Part shown: positions 26,196 to 38,486 of the stretch, in pieces
Layout of the letters: each line of letters starts with the position of its first letter
How positions within the stretch are numbered: the first letter of the stretch is position 1
Assembly: GCF_006345805.1 (NCBI RefSeq)
Contig: NW_021833671.1
Coordinates: forward strand, 1-56,666
Direction of reading: 5' to 3'
Length of the DNA: 56,666 nt
DNA from: Octopus sinensis
Taxonomy: Eukaryota
Made by a program: the position numbers and the translations under genes
Notes under the pieces: generated by a model
Databases searched by the model: none
Told to the model about the DNA's origin: nothing
The model's input: the letters and a program-made list of their open reading frames with translations, nothing else

Positions 26196-26727
26196 ATATA
26201 TACATACATACACACACACACATACACACATATACACATACACACACACATACATACATACATAGAATATTCACTCTTTAATTATTGTGAAGTCATATGA
26301 AATTCTTCTTTTTTGTCTACATGATGTTTCAGTCATTTGTTAGTGTGCATACTTGCACTTTAAAGTGCATTATGGTGTAATGAATAACTAATGGCCTCTT
26401 TTGGGCATTTTAACTGCTACTTTTCATTTCTCTTGAATAGAGAGTTATTCCAACCAAATGGCAAAACCTTTGTTCCATAGTGGATACTGCTCTAAAAATA
26501 GTTCAAGGGATTTGTATTCACTCTCACACACATGATTAAAACAGTGTGGCATTTTAAACTTGATAAAATCCCTGCTTTATAAATATGCAAGGCTTTTGTT
26601 ATCATGTGTGTGGGAGTGGGCAGTGTTAATATAGATGTTACGCATTAATTTAATGTGTTGAACTTATATTTATTAATGTATATCGAATTATACATAGATA
26701 TATACAAGATCTGATATACACATACAT

Positions 26728-26812
26728 TATCATCATCATTTAACTTCCCCTTTCCATGCTAGCATGGGTTGGACAGTTTAACTGAGGAGTGGCAAGCCAA
26801 GAGGCTGCACAC
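26728..26812 (-). mobile_element. RTE tail fragment
   Basis: (CAT)n..TTTCCATGCTAGCATGGGTTGGAC is the reverse complement of the tail. Confidence 0.65.
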
Positions 26813-27115
26813 ACCACTAAATACACACACACACACACAAGTCTTCTGCCATTTGTCTTCCACCTCAACAGGAGTGGTTACAGTTGATAACACTTGTTTT
26901 AAAATCCTGTTTTCTGATTGGATAAAAAATTTTTCACAGATCATTTCATTTCTTCATATTTCTAGTTTATGTTATGGATACCCAATTTATCGCTATCATA
27001 TTTTTTTATCCTCATAATATCTATTTAACATTTTATTATATTAACCTTAAGTTTCCAGGCAAAGGTAAAGGTTATGTACACAATCCATTTTTGGTGATTT
27101 TTTTTTTTCTTTTTC

Positions 27116-27776
27116 AGATTTCTATGTTTTCGATATTGGAAAATATGATTTCGCCCAAAAATCACGTTTTCAAAATTTTAATTTCCCCCACTCCACCCCA
27201 TTCCAATTTATTCTTAACATTTTCCAAATTGTTTTAACCCATGTAGAAAAATATAGAGATTACAAATCTGGGAAATTTTTTTAAATTTTAATTTGTCTTA
27301 AAGAAACAATCAAGGCCACCACCTCACCCACCCACCCACCACCTCACTTTCAAAGAAACTAAAAACTCAGAACGTTTCACTTTTGTCGTATGTTTCACAC
27401 ATGCATAGAATTCTAGCAGATGTCAAAACTATCAAACCACCACAAAAAAACCAGCATACTGGAAACAACAGCTAAATGACATTATTTATGGAAAAACATG
27501 CCTGCTTTCTAAAAAGCTAAAAGTGAAACATTCAGAGCTTTTAGCTTTTTGAAAGTAGGGAGGTAATGGCTGGAAGGGGATTTGAGTGTTGCTTAAAATT
27601 TTTTTTTTTTAATTCTTAAAGATTCGTAATCTCTGTATTTTTGTATGTGGATTACAGAAAAAATGTTGATAAAAGTTAGAAATTAAAAAATTGAGGAGAC
27701 AAAAGGATAATTAAAATTTTGAAAAATGTGTTTTTTGAGCAAAATTCTAATTTCCTATATCAAAGGCAGAAATCCA
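27116..27776. repeat. diverged ~270-bp inverted repeat (fold-back/MITE remnant)
   Basis: 27116-27385 is an imperfect reverse complement of 27519-27776 (e.g. AGAGATTACAAATC / GATTCGTAATCTCT; GTTTCACTTTT / AAAAGTGAAAC). Confidence 0.7.
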
Positions 27777-28249
27777 AAGAAACTTTGGAAAAAGAAAGGT
27801 GGGGTACAAATTATCCAATAAAATCCTTTTTTTTAAATATCTTCTCGCTCAGGGTCATTTTCATTCTTAAAAAAACAGGGTCTGTTTTGATAGAAATAAA
27901 GAGAGCATGCATATTATGTCATTCTTTCAATTTTCCTGGCAAAGACAGATCTCATTGAAAACGATATTTATGTTCCCCATAAATTTCTTTATAATCATAA
28001 TCTATGCCATTTGAAAGGTATTTCTATAAAATCTTATTAATATATATCCATTTTTCTGAAGTTATGAAGGAAAAATTTTAATTCTGGAATTTCCCCAAAA
28101 AAATTTTTTTTTAATATTTTTCCCCACCTCCCTAATTCCAAAACTTTCCACTATCGAGGCTTGTGGTGTTAATATAAGAGAACTAACAGAAATTTGTTAT
28201 TAAATTTACTCACAGAAAATTATGTTATTAAAATAAATTATCCAGCTTG

Positions 28250-28345
28250 GTACTTCACCAGAAGCAATACTGGAAAAATCCCAGATGCAGTAAAGGCAGT
28301 GCACCAGCATGGCCTCAGCCTCTGGCTGAATCCCATATACAAAAA
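28250..28345 (+). mobile_element. CR1-type 3' tail fragment
   Basis: AAAGGCAGTGCACCAGCATGGCCTCAGCCTCTGGCTGAA, similar to 1199-1240. Confidence 0.55.
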
Positions 28346-28375
28346 AAAATATATAAATTAAATATATATATATAC

Positions 28376-30287
28376 ATATAGAAAATAGTAAAAAGTGAAA
28401 AAACTACAGAAGGCTTAAAGGTTAAAATATATATATTTGCGTCAATATGTCTGAAGAATATTAAAAAATTTTTTTTCCTTACAATGACATAGTTTAGAAG
28501 AAAGACCGGTTTCGCGTTTAGCTTTTCAAATTTCTTACGACGTTATGTTTATGTTGAATAGAGTTATCGTTATGTTTATGTTTAAGGGGAGGTAATGAGT
28601 GATTTCTTCCGGTGTAAGGAAGATAATCGCTTAAAATTTTTTTCCTTTCCCTTGGTGTAAATTTCTCTGTATCAGTATGTTAGCATGGTTAAGTCTGGGC
28701 TTGTACTTTTCAATGAAGAATGTTTCCTTGTTTAGTCTAATTTGTGTTGATGATCCGATAGCACATTGGTAAAATGGAAAGATTAAAAATTGTGGTAGTA
28801 GTTGCTTTGCGCATTTCTCAATGTGCTCACTAAAAGGTATCATTCTGTATTCTGGGAATGCAATCTGTTGTCGATGCAGTGTGCATCTACGTCTGAGTGA
28901 TAGTCCCGTGGATCCCACGTAGTCTTGGTGGCAGCCCGAGCATTTTATGACATAAATTATGTTTTCAGAGGCACAAGTAAAGTTAGATTTGATCTTGAAT
29001 TTCTGTCCCTCTTTAAAGAGGAATTCTGATCCTTCTAGCAGGTTTGGACATGTTGCACAGTTCGATGTACCACATTTTTTACTTTTGCATCCGTAATTTC
29101 AGAAAACAATTTTGCCTTTGTGAGAATCTTTTTAAGTGATTTAGGTTGTTTGTAGCTTTTAATGATTTGGTGTATGTTTAGAATTTCCTTTAATTTGGGG
29201 TCCTTATGAAGTATTGGTAAATTCTGGGTGATGATGGTGAAGGCTTCTTTGTTTCTGGGGTTGTATGTAGATATGTAAGGTAGTATTTTTGGGGAAGGTG
29301 TGTTGTTGTGTTGAACTTTTCTTAAAGTTTCTATGTTGATTTCTGTTGCACGTCTGATCCCATCCTCTATGAGTTGAGCTGGGTAATGTCTGTCAATTAG
29401 GGTGTTTTTTAGTTCTTGCAGTCTAAAGTTCCTGGTATTTTGTTCTGACACTATTGTGCATATCCTTCTTGCAAGGTTGAAGGGGATGTTTGTTTTAGTG
29501 TGTCTTGGGTGGCATGAATTAAAAAGAAGGTATTGTTTGGCGTCTGTGGTTTTGTAAAAAATGTCTGTTTCTATTTTAAGGTTAATTTTTTTAATTAGTA
29601 TATCCAAGAACGGGAGCTCCTTTTGGTTGTTATTCCATTGTGAACTGTATATTTGGGTTTATGCTGTTCAATAGGTTTTTAAATTTTAGGAGTTTATCTG
29701 TGTTTTCATTCCAGAGTATAAAACAATCGTCTAAGAATCATTTCCAATTCTCTTTTATGTATTGAGAAAGGGGGTTTCCAAAGATTGATAAAGATTCCTG
29801 GTAAATGATTATTTCCATGTATCCCATTGTTAGGTTCGCAATGACTGGTGCTGCCCTTGTACCCATAGCAATTCCGGATTTTTTACAGTAAAATGTATTG
29901 CCAAACATGAAGTGGTTATTATGTAGGATGAATTCAATTGATTTAGTAATGAATTCTTTACTGATCCTTTTTGGTATTTCTTCCGGAAATTGGTCCAGCC
30001 AGAACTGTATTGCCTCCAGTCCATAATTATGAGGTATACTAGTATATAAGTTAACTACATCAAATGAAACCAGGATTGTTTCTTCCTTGGCTTTTTTTGG
30101 AAGGTGGTTTAACATATCTAAGTCATTCTAAACTATGTCATTGTAAGGAAAAAAATTTTTTTAATATTCTTCAGACATATTGACGCAAATATATATATAT
30201 TTTTAACCTTTAAGCCTTCTGTAGTTTTTTCACTTTTTACTATTTTCTATATATTCAACCACGTGCTTTCACAAACCAACTTTCTTA

Positions 30288-30290
<3 letters not shown>
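28376..30290 (-). mobile_element. Penelope-like element (RT plus GIY-YIG), 5'-truncated with inverted pseudo-LTR
   Basis: LVSFDVVNLYTSIP, GIAMGTRAAP, FLDD, IFYKTTD..HPRHTK, NIIYVIKCSGCHQDYVGST; 28376-28499 inverted at 30126-30252. Confidence 0.93.
28498..28536 (-). ncRNA. minimal type I hammerhead ribozyme (U3-A8 variant)
   Basis: minus strand AAGAAA-U-UUGAAAA-GC-UAAAC-GC-GAAA-CCG-GUC^-UUUCUU. Confidence 0.65.
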
Positions 30291-30346
<56 letters not shown>

Positions 30347-30347
<1 letters not shown>

Positions 30348-30743
30348 GGCGCAGGAGTGGCTGTGTGGTAAGTAGCTTGTCTACCAACTACATGGTTCCG
30401 GGTTCAGTCCCACTTCGTGGCACCTTGGGCAAGTGTCTTCTACTATAGCCTCGGGCCGACCAAAGCCTTGTGAGTGAATTTGGTAGACGGAAACTGAAAG
30501 AAGCCTGTCGTATATATGTATATATATATATGCGTGTGTGTGTTTGTGTTTGTCCCCTAGCATTGCTTGACAACTGATGCTGGTGTGTTTATGTCCCTGT
30601 TACTTAGTGGTTCGGCAAAAGAGACTGATAGAATAAGTACTGGGCTTACGAAAGAATAAGTCCCGGGGTCGAGTTGCTCGATTAAAGGCGGTGCTCCAGC
30701 ATGGCCGCAGTCAAATGACTGAAACAAGTAAAAGAGTAAAAGA
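30347..30743 (+). mobile_element. full-length tRNA-derived CORE-type SINE (octopus OR-like)
   Basis: A box TGGCTGTGTGG, B box GGTTCAGTCCC, CORE-like CACCTTGGGCAAGT, internal (TA)(TG)n, LINE-like tail and (GTAAAAGA)n. Confidence 0.8.
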
Positions 30744-30760
30744 GTATATATATATATATA

Positions 30761-31587
30761 TCATCATCATCATCATCATCATCATTTAGCGTCCGCTTTC
30801 CATGCTAGCATGGGTTGGACGGTTCAACTGGGGTCTGTGAAGCTGGAAGGCTTCATCAGGCCCAGTCAGATCTGGCAGTGTTTCTACGGCTGGATGCCCT
30901 TCCTAATGCCAACCACTCCGTGAGTGTAGTGGGTGCTTTTACGTGCCACCCGCACAGGTGCCAGACAGAGCTGGCAAATGGCCAAGAACGGATGGTGCTT
31001 TTACGTGTCACCGGCATGGGGGCCAGGCGAGGCTGGCAACGGACACGAATGGATGGTGCTTTTACGTGCCACCAAGACGGGGGCGAGACAGAGCTGGCAA
31101 ACGGCCACAAAACGGATGGTGCTTTTACGTGTCACTGGCACGGGGGCCAGGCGAGGCTGGCAACGGACATGAATGGATGGTGCTTTTACGTGCCACCAAC
31201 ACGGGGGCCAGACAGAGCTGGCAAACGGGCACGAAATGGATGGTGCTTTTACGTGTCACTGGCACGGGGGCCAGGCGAGGCTGGCAACGGACATGAATGG
31301 ATGGTGCTTTTACGTGCCACCAACACAGGGGCCAGACAGAGCTGGCAAACGGCCACGAAACGGATGGTGCTTTTACGTGTCACTGGCACAGGGGCCAGGC
31401 GAGGCTGGCAACGGACACGAACGGATGGTGCTTTTACATGCCACCGACACGGGGGCCAGACAGGGTTGGCAAACGGCCACGAATGGATGGTGCTTTTACA
31501 TGTCACCGGCACGGGGGCCAGACAGAGCTGGCAAACGGCCACGAACGGATGGTGCTTTTACGTGTCACCGGCACGGGGGCCAGGCCA
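30761..31587 (-). mobile_element. RTE 3' tail with expanded ~48-bp minisatellite
   Basis: reverse complement of the 4700-4887 tail; about 13-14 GGTGCTTTTACGTG-containing units at 30930-31585. Confidence 0.85.
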
Positions 31588-31640
31588 ATATATATATATA
31601 TATATATATACATACATACATTTATATATACCCATATATA

Positions 31641-32334
31641 TTGGGTTGTCCGGAAAGTTTGTGCCGATTTATAGTAGCTTACCTTTCCACTTATTTACAA
31701 CATGGTTGAGTCTATTTAGAGCACAGTTTAAGCTATCTTTTCATGGAAGAAGGTTTATGTTCCTATAACCTGTGTTAATTCTGTAACCCTTTAAAATGGA
31801 AGTTCATTTTCGGCACTTGATGCTTATCTTTTTCCATAAAGGGAAAAAGTGCCTCACAAGTAACCAAAGAAATACGTGCAGTTTACAGTGATGTTTCTTT
31901 ATTCGAAAGAACTGTACAGAAGTGGTTCACAAGGTTCTGAGCTGGAGATTGTAGCCTTATTGATAAAGAGCCATCCACTACAGATGATGATCAAATCAAG
32001 TCATTAATTGAGAATAACCCACATTGCACAGCCCGAGAATTGGCAGAAAGTGACATTGCTCCTTCGGATTTCCACTTATTATTCAAGTCTCTGCAGAATA
32101 GTCTTAATGGTAAAAATTTCAATTTCTTGGATGATGTAAAAAGATACCTTGATGAATTGTTTGCCTTGAAACCACCTCAATTCTGGGAAGAGGGTATTTT
32201 CAAGTTAAAGGAAAGATAGAGACGTATTGGGCAACAAAATGGTTCATGTTTGGTTGATTAAAAATGTAATGGCAAGTATTTTTTTACCTTTTTCTTTCCT
32301 TTAAAACTCGGCACAAACTTTCCGGACAACCCAA
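31641..32334 (+). mobile_element. internally deleted mariner (non-autonomous)
   Basis: 27-bp perfect TIRs TTGGGTTGTCCGGAAAGTTTGTGCCGA with TA flanks; HFRHLML..ENNPHCTARELAES fused to DIAPSDFHL near 32050. Confidence 0.93.
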
Positions 32335-32431
32335 TATATATATACACACACACACATACATTTATCTATATTATATCATCATCATCATTATCATCATCAT
32401 CATCATCATAAACGATGATGATGATGTATAT

Positions 32432-34138
32432 GTACTTGCAGAGATACCCGGTGTTTGCCGTGTTACATACAATTGAAGAATTAGACTTTTCTGTTATATT
32501 TTCTCTAATTAACTGGAATATCTATGTTTCGAATTTCATCAAAATTGCAGATGAAGGTTACTTCCCTCTTTACAGACTCCCCAAAAGTTGTAATCGTGCT
32601 ACATGTATCCCATACTACTGATTTTTATGCGCATATTCCAAAATTCCAGTCATATTGAACCTGTCAAAAAGATTTTGCTCCTGAAAAATGGAGGTCATGG
32701 AGCTCTAAAATGTGAGAGTCAAGGCCCCTGTTGGGGGTGGGCATCTTAATGTCAACCAGAGAAGTTGAATTGTTGAGAATCTTTTTAACTTGGGTCTTAT
32801 ATCTATTGTGTGAATTTCTTTGAAATAGGGAATATATGCTTACTGGATTTGTAAAAGAGAGCAAAGCTACAGGAAACCAAAAGACAAATGATCACAATAA
32901 GCAGTCAGCTACCCTACCCTAGTCGTTACCACTCCCAATATAGGATTCCTCACCATCCAGGTGACAGGCACAGCCATAAGATGCATTACGAATCTATAGC
33001 AATTGGAAGGGCGTGACCCAACTGAAATAAACATTAACAACTGTGTGACGTGAGAGCTAAGGAGAAATGTAAGTTGGAGTTTGCAAATGACCACTATACT
33101 GATACGTAACTGGACAGAATAAATTTAAAATCTATAAATGTCTTTGAATGAGTCACTCATCAGGGAAGGCTTTAAAATCAATGTTACCATCTGGGGACTA
33201 TGTGTGACCCAGTGATAATAAAAAGACTGAAAGGAGGTCTGCAATCAAATAACTTTACTCAACACTTTGCAACTGAATCTGTGGAGGCAAAGATGCCTCT
33301 CATTTACTTGACAATTTATGCACCACATTGCAGAAATCACAATCTAAGTGTATGTCAAAGCAAACTCTTATACTTTTGTACCATTGAATTACAAATAATG
33401 CTCATCTTCTATGCTCAGATGACCCCACAGCTTCGATGAGTATAACTGTATTTGTCTTTGCTTAGGAAAATGACTAAATTGTGGGTGTTAAGTCCCCATG
33501 AAGGGGTCTTTCTAACTTCTAAGAAGGTGAAATTTTATGAATATTACTTCAGTTGTATCTATATCTATGGTTAAAATTTTCTCAACAGCCAAAATATACG
33601 AATTTTCATGGGGTTATGGCCCTTATGCATAGAATATAATTTCCAAATTTCTTAAAGATCCATTCAGTACTTTTGACCTAGTTTTGGATCATAAAAAAAC
33701 AAGTAAAATTTGGGAATTAAGCCCCCTATTAGGAGGGTCTTAGAATCCCCATGAAAAGTGGACAGGGAGTCTTAGAATCCTCATGAGAAGTGGAAACTTT
33801 GAGAATACGTCTTGATGTGTGTCAATTACCCATGGTTGAAGTTTCAACAACATCGAAAATTTATGAATTTTTATGGGGGTCTTGCCCCCTTGAAGTCATC
33901 TCAAATTCAAACCAAACATACTGCATTATACCTGCCCTTATGCATTGAATGTAAGTTCCAAATATCATAAGGATCCATTCAGTGATTTTGGTTCATGAAA
34001 TTGTATGAAACACACAGCATTACCCTTCTCCCTAGGCTTGGGTTTTGTGTTCCAAATTTCATTAGGATCGGTGCAGTAGTTTTCAAATGTATAAGTAATA
34101 CACGAACACACATAAAGACATTGACTTTGATATAATAG
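32432..34138 (+). mobile_element. putative Helitron/HINE-like non-autonomous element
   Basis: 5' ACTTGCAGAGATACCCGGTGTTTGCCG; repeated AAATTTCAT..GATC blocks; 3' ACACACATAAAGACATTGACTTTGATATAATAG. Confidence 0.4.
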
Positions 34139-34620
34139 ACTAGCAGTATTGCCCGGCGTTGCTTGGGTTTGTAAGGGAAATAACTATATAAGCATTTTTA
34201 GAGAGTTACTTCCCTTATAGATGCCAATTCGGGCTTTCTTAGCCATTTCTGTTTTGATGTCTTCAAGCCATGAAGTCGTTGTTCTAAAAGAACGCTGGTC
34301 TCCCTGACAACGCTTTACAACGTTGATTTCCTTACACTCCCTTCCCCACAGCTTCACGAGGGAGGGAAGAAGGGGGAGAAGCAAACAGGTGCAGGTGTGA
34401 CCATGGACGCCAACTCCGCCACCATCGACACATGAAAAATTATGCATTAAAATCGTAGACTCATCGTAGACGCATGCTAATACTCAGATGGGCTTGATAT
34501 GAATCACGACTATAAGATACCCGAATTTGGTTAAACTGCACTGCAAAATGTGGGAGTAGTTAGGAATCTAAATCGAAGGGGACAGACACTCACACAACTA
34601 CAGTTTTATATATATAGATA
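34139..34620 (+). mobile_element. Helitron/HINE-like element, same 5' end as 2913
   Basis: ACTAGCAGTATTGCCCGGCGTTGCTTGGGTTTGTAAGGGAAATAACTATA; 3' GACAGACAC..TTTTATATATATAGAT. Confidence 0.55.
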
Positions 34621-34677
34621 TGAATATGCACATATACATACATGTATGTGTGTGTGTGTGTGTATGTATTATATATA

Positions 34678-35362
34678 TACCGTCCCAGGGTCTCAAGGGT
34701 CCATACCTCCCAAACCCTCAGAGTTGGCACTTTCAATGTCAGCACACTGAAAGGTAGGTCTAGTGAGATTGTTGAGCTGCTTGATCGGAGATGTGTCGAT
34801 ATGTACTGCATCCAAGATGTTAGGTGGAGAGGAGGTTCTGCTAGGTTCCTCACAGGCAAAGAACAGAGGTACAAGATTTTCTGGGCAGGGAGCACTGATG
34901 GGGTTGGGGGTGTGGGTATATTTCTTGCAGAGAAATGGGTTGATAAGGTAATCGAGGTAGTCGGAGTATGCGACAGAATGCTTAAGATTAGATTAGTGCT
35001 TCATCATGGGTTAGCAACCATTATCTCAGCCTATGCCCCTCATCCAGGGCTACCCGATGGACAGAAAGACCGATTCTATGACACCCTCTTGCAAACTACC
35101 TCATTGACGAACGACAGGGACCTTCTCTTCATGGCTGGTGACTTCAATGGACATGTTGGACAATATGCCGTGGGCTTCCATGGCATACATGGAGGCTACG
35201 GTTTTGGCTCCTGCAATGATGAGGGAACCAGGCTGCTGGAGTTCTGTGATGAAAGGTTGCTGAATAAAGAAAATGAAAGGGAGAAAGAGAGTCTGTCGTA
35301 TGTCAACCCATCAGAGGGACCAGCTATCCGAGTTGACAGTACCTTGGTAGATAAAGCAATTA
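34678..35362 (+). mobile_element. RTE LINE AP-endonuclease fragment
   Basis: LRVGTFNVSTL..CIQDVRWRG..GGVG..ISAYAP..GDFNGHVG..NDEGTRLLEFC. Confidence 0.9.
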
Positions 35363-35364
35363 GT

Positions 35365-36515
35365 TTTACTCATTCGGTTTTCAATCAACCAACCGTAACT
35401 AAGACAAAGTAATTCAAATTTGTCAACCAATTAGATTTAACTTATGATTAAAAATAATCGCTCCCCAATTACCGATAGATTTAAACCACTAAAATATTAA
35501 TATATAACAAATAACAAGACTCTTGTAGCTAATCTATTATCTCTTAACAAATGAACACATATTACAAAATATTCTGTGAAATTAAATTATATTATTAATT
35601 CGGTGTATTAACATGTATGTATAATTTTGTTATGACGAAAATAAAAAAAAATTTCATATAGATATTGGTGTATTTTTGTACGTATATATGCATGTTGCTT
35701 CTATTTGTTGCCCACACGCAGGGACTTATGTGTATTCAGAAGAATAATATTGTAATAACCCTGGTCTAACTGTATGTTACAAGTATATATTGACTGTGAT
35801 TTTATAATTAATAAGATTACATCTTTCGTAACTAACTGTTTATATTATATCATAGTATACTATATATTGGAATCTCCTATACTATTGTGAAGTGAAAATT
35901 ACACTGAATCTAATATTATTATTATTATTAATAATAATAATAATGATAATAATATTAGTAATAATTAAATATTATATGTGTATTCATGGATATGGATGTA
36001 TATGTATGTTCCAGTATATATGTATACATATGTATATAATTAATTGTCTATATGCTTGTACATATGTTTAATTGTGCCTATTTATGTACATGTATAGGTG
36101 TATATATTTTCTTATATATATATGTGTATATGGATATATATTTATATATATATTAAATTGTACGTGTATCCTGTTTCATGTATATATTTATATTTTGAAA
36201 GTACTTTATAATCTCTGATGAGGCCTATGGATATATACAAGTACCCCATTTTTAACTGCCTACAACCTCAATATAATTGACAAGTATAGGCACTGAAAAA
36301 CTACTTTTTTCTATAGGCTGAAACAGCTGTAAGTGATTTTAATGATTCTAACAATTTATATTAATGTTTTTTTAATAACTACTTGTATTCTTATCTTAAA
36401 TGTATTGAATTTTATACTGTATATATGTATGTTATTATGGTTGTAGTTTTGAAGGCAACATTCTAATATCCTAAAGCTGATTAACCAACTAATGTGTTTC
36501 TCCATTTTCTTATTT
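35365..36515 (+). mobile_element. AT-rich putative Penelope 3' region/pseudo-LTR
   Basis: contains a hammerhead motif with palindromic stem III near its 3' end; no coding remnant confirmed. Confidence 0.45.
36209..36339 (+). ncRNA. type I hammerhead ribozyme with extended stem II loop
   Basis: CUGAUGA 36215-21; stem II GGCCUAUGG/CUAUAGGCU; GAAA 36320-23; CAGCUG palindrome; GUA^ at 36331; stem I imperfect. Confidence 0.7.
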
Positions 36516-36552
36516 GCAATATATATATATGTGTGTGTATGTGTGTGTGTGT

Positions 36553-36912
36553 GTGCAGGCATGGCTGTGTGGTAAGTTGCTTCCTTACCAATCACATGGT
36601 TCCAGGTTCAGTCCCACTATGTGGCACATTGGGCAAGTGTCTTCTACTATAGCCCTGGGCAGAACAAAGCCTTGTAAGTTGATTCAATAGATGGAAACTG
36701 AAAGAAGCCTGTCATATATATATATATGTATATATTTATGTGTCTCTGTGTTTGTTGCCCCACTTGACATCCGATGCTGGTGTGTTTACAGCAAAAGAGA
36801 CTGATAGAAAAAGCACCAGGCTTACAAAGAATGAGTCTTGGGGTCAATTTCGTCGACTAAAGGCAGTGCTCCAGCATGGTCACAATCAAATGACCGAAAC
36901 AAGAAAAGAGTA
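36553..36912 (+). mobile_element. CORE-type tRNA SINE
   Basis: colinear with 30347-30743. Confidence 0.8.
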
Positions 36913-36939
36913 ATATATACACACACATTTCCTACTAAT

Positions 36940-38400
36940 GATTCTTCAAAGAGAAATTTCTTGAAATAAGTGTTTTATTTTCTTATGTCCAAAAATGTTG
37001 AACCAAGAGTTATAGAGTGCTGGATACCATCACCTTCATTGGTTCCCAGATATTTGTATACTTCAGTTTGGTCTAGGTTTCAAATAGCACTGGTAATATC
37101 AAGTTCTATGTTTTCTGCCCTTATGAACTTCCCTGCCTTGACAGTAGCCTTGGCACATTTATCAAGTCCGAATTCCATGCCTATATCAGAGCTGAATTCC
37201 TTGACAATATTCAGGAGCTCTTCTAATTCTTTGTTGTTTTTGGCAGTTTTAGATCATCCATATAGAGCTGCTGATTAATTTTCTGGTCAAACATCTTACA
37301 TCCTCTCTTAGCATTATTCACTTGCGTGGATAAAGGGAACAGAGCGAGGCAGAAGAGTAATGGTGAAAGATACCACAGGTGATATTGATGTCTGGTGAGG
37401 TGGTATATCCTTGTATTTGGTTTAAAATGAAGCTGGTTCTCCACAAATTCATGATTATTTTTAAAAAGTTCACAATTGTTGGAGCTGTCTTGTAAACTTC
37501 CAGGGCCTTGATGATTCATGCATGGGGGACACTGTCACAAGCCTTCTTGCAATCTATCCAAGTGGTGCTAAGGTTTCTGCATTTGAATTTGCAATTTTCA
37601 ATGACCATTTTATCAATCATTAATTGGTCCTTACATCCATATGAACTCCTTTTACATCCCTTTTGTTGTGCCACTGGGAGTAACTTCCAAGAATTCATAT
37701 GCTCTATTCACTATCATAGATGATAACAGTTTATATATGGTGGTGAGGCATGGTATGGGTTGGTATTTTGCAGGGTTAGTAGTTTCTTCTGTTTTTGGTA
37801 AGAGATATGTAATCCCTTCTGTGAGTCACTTTGGGGTTTTTGCAGGGTTGGACATGACTCCATTGAATGCTAGGGCTAAGTTGTGGTGGGTGCTCGTTAA
37901 AGAATTTAGCCAAAAATTGGGAATCTTATCAATACCTGGACATTTCCATTTCTTTGATTTGGCGAGCACCACTTTCACTTCTACAATTGTTATATCCTGC
38001 CATTCTTGATATTTGCAGTGGGCATTGGCCTCTTCTATGTCCCTGACCTAATGTGCTTTCTGATAAAACTCCTTTGGATTACTTCAAATGTTTTTCCAAA
38101 CATCTTCAGTTTGCTGCTGGGAAAGAGATGTTTTCACTATAATGGTATTTTTCTCCAGTTCCCTGTAGAATTTATTTGTGTTCTACTTGAATAGAATGTT
38201 TTGTCTATGGAATGATAAGCATTTTTTGTCATTTGGTTTTTAATTGTAGTTTTTATTTTGAGGATTTCAATCTGTGTATCCTTTGTTTTCTTGTAAAGGT
38301 CATGTTTAGCAATTATTCTTATTAGTTGGTTGGGTTTATTAGTTTCCCCTTTGCTTGCTTCAAGTAGAAAAGAATACATCTGCTCTTAGTGGGATTATTT
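36940..38400 (-). mobile_element. Dong/R4-like LINE RT fragment
   Basis: QKGCKRSSYGCKDQLMID..WIDCKKACDSVPH, LSPLLFCLAL, LYMDDLKL, GMEFGLDKCA. Confidence 0.85.
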
Positions 38401-38486
38401 ACTGGTTTAACTTTCCATCCATGCAGGCTGTTTGTATACATTGCACTTATTATTACTACTACTACTGCTGCTGCTGCTGTTGTTGT

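Noticed and set aside
30815-31768. 317-aa repetitive ORF (also 4070-4840)
   Set aside because: Read-through of the RTE 3'UTR minisatellite
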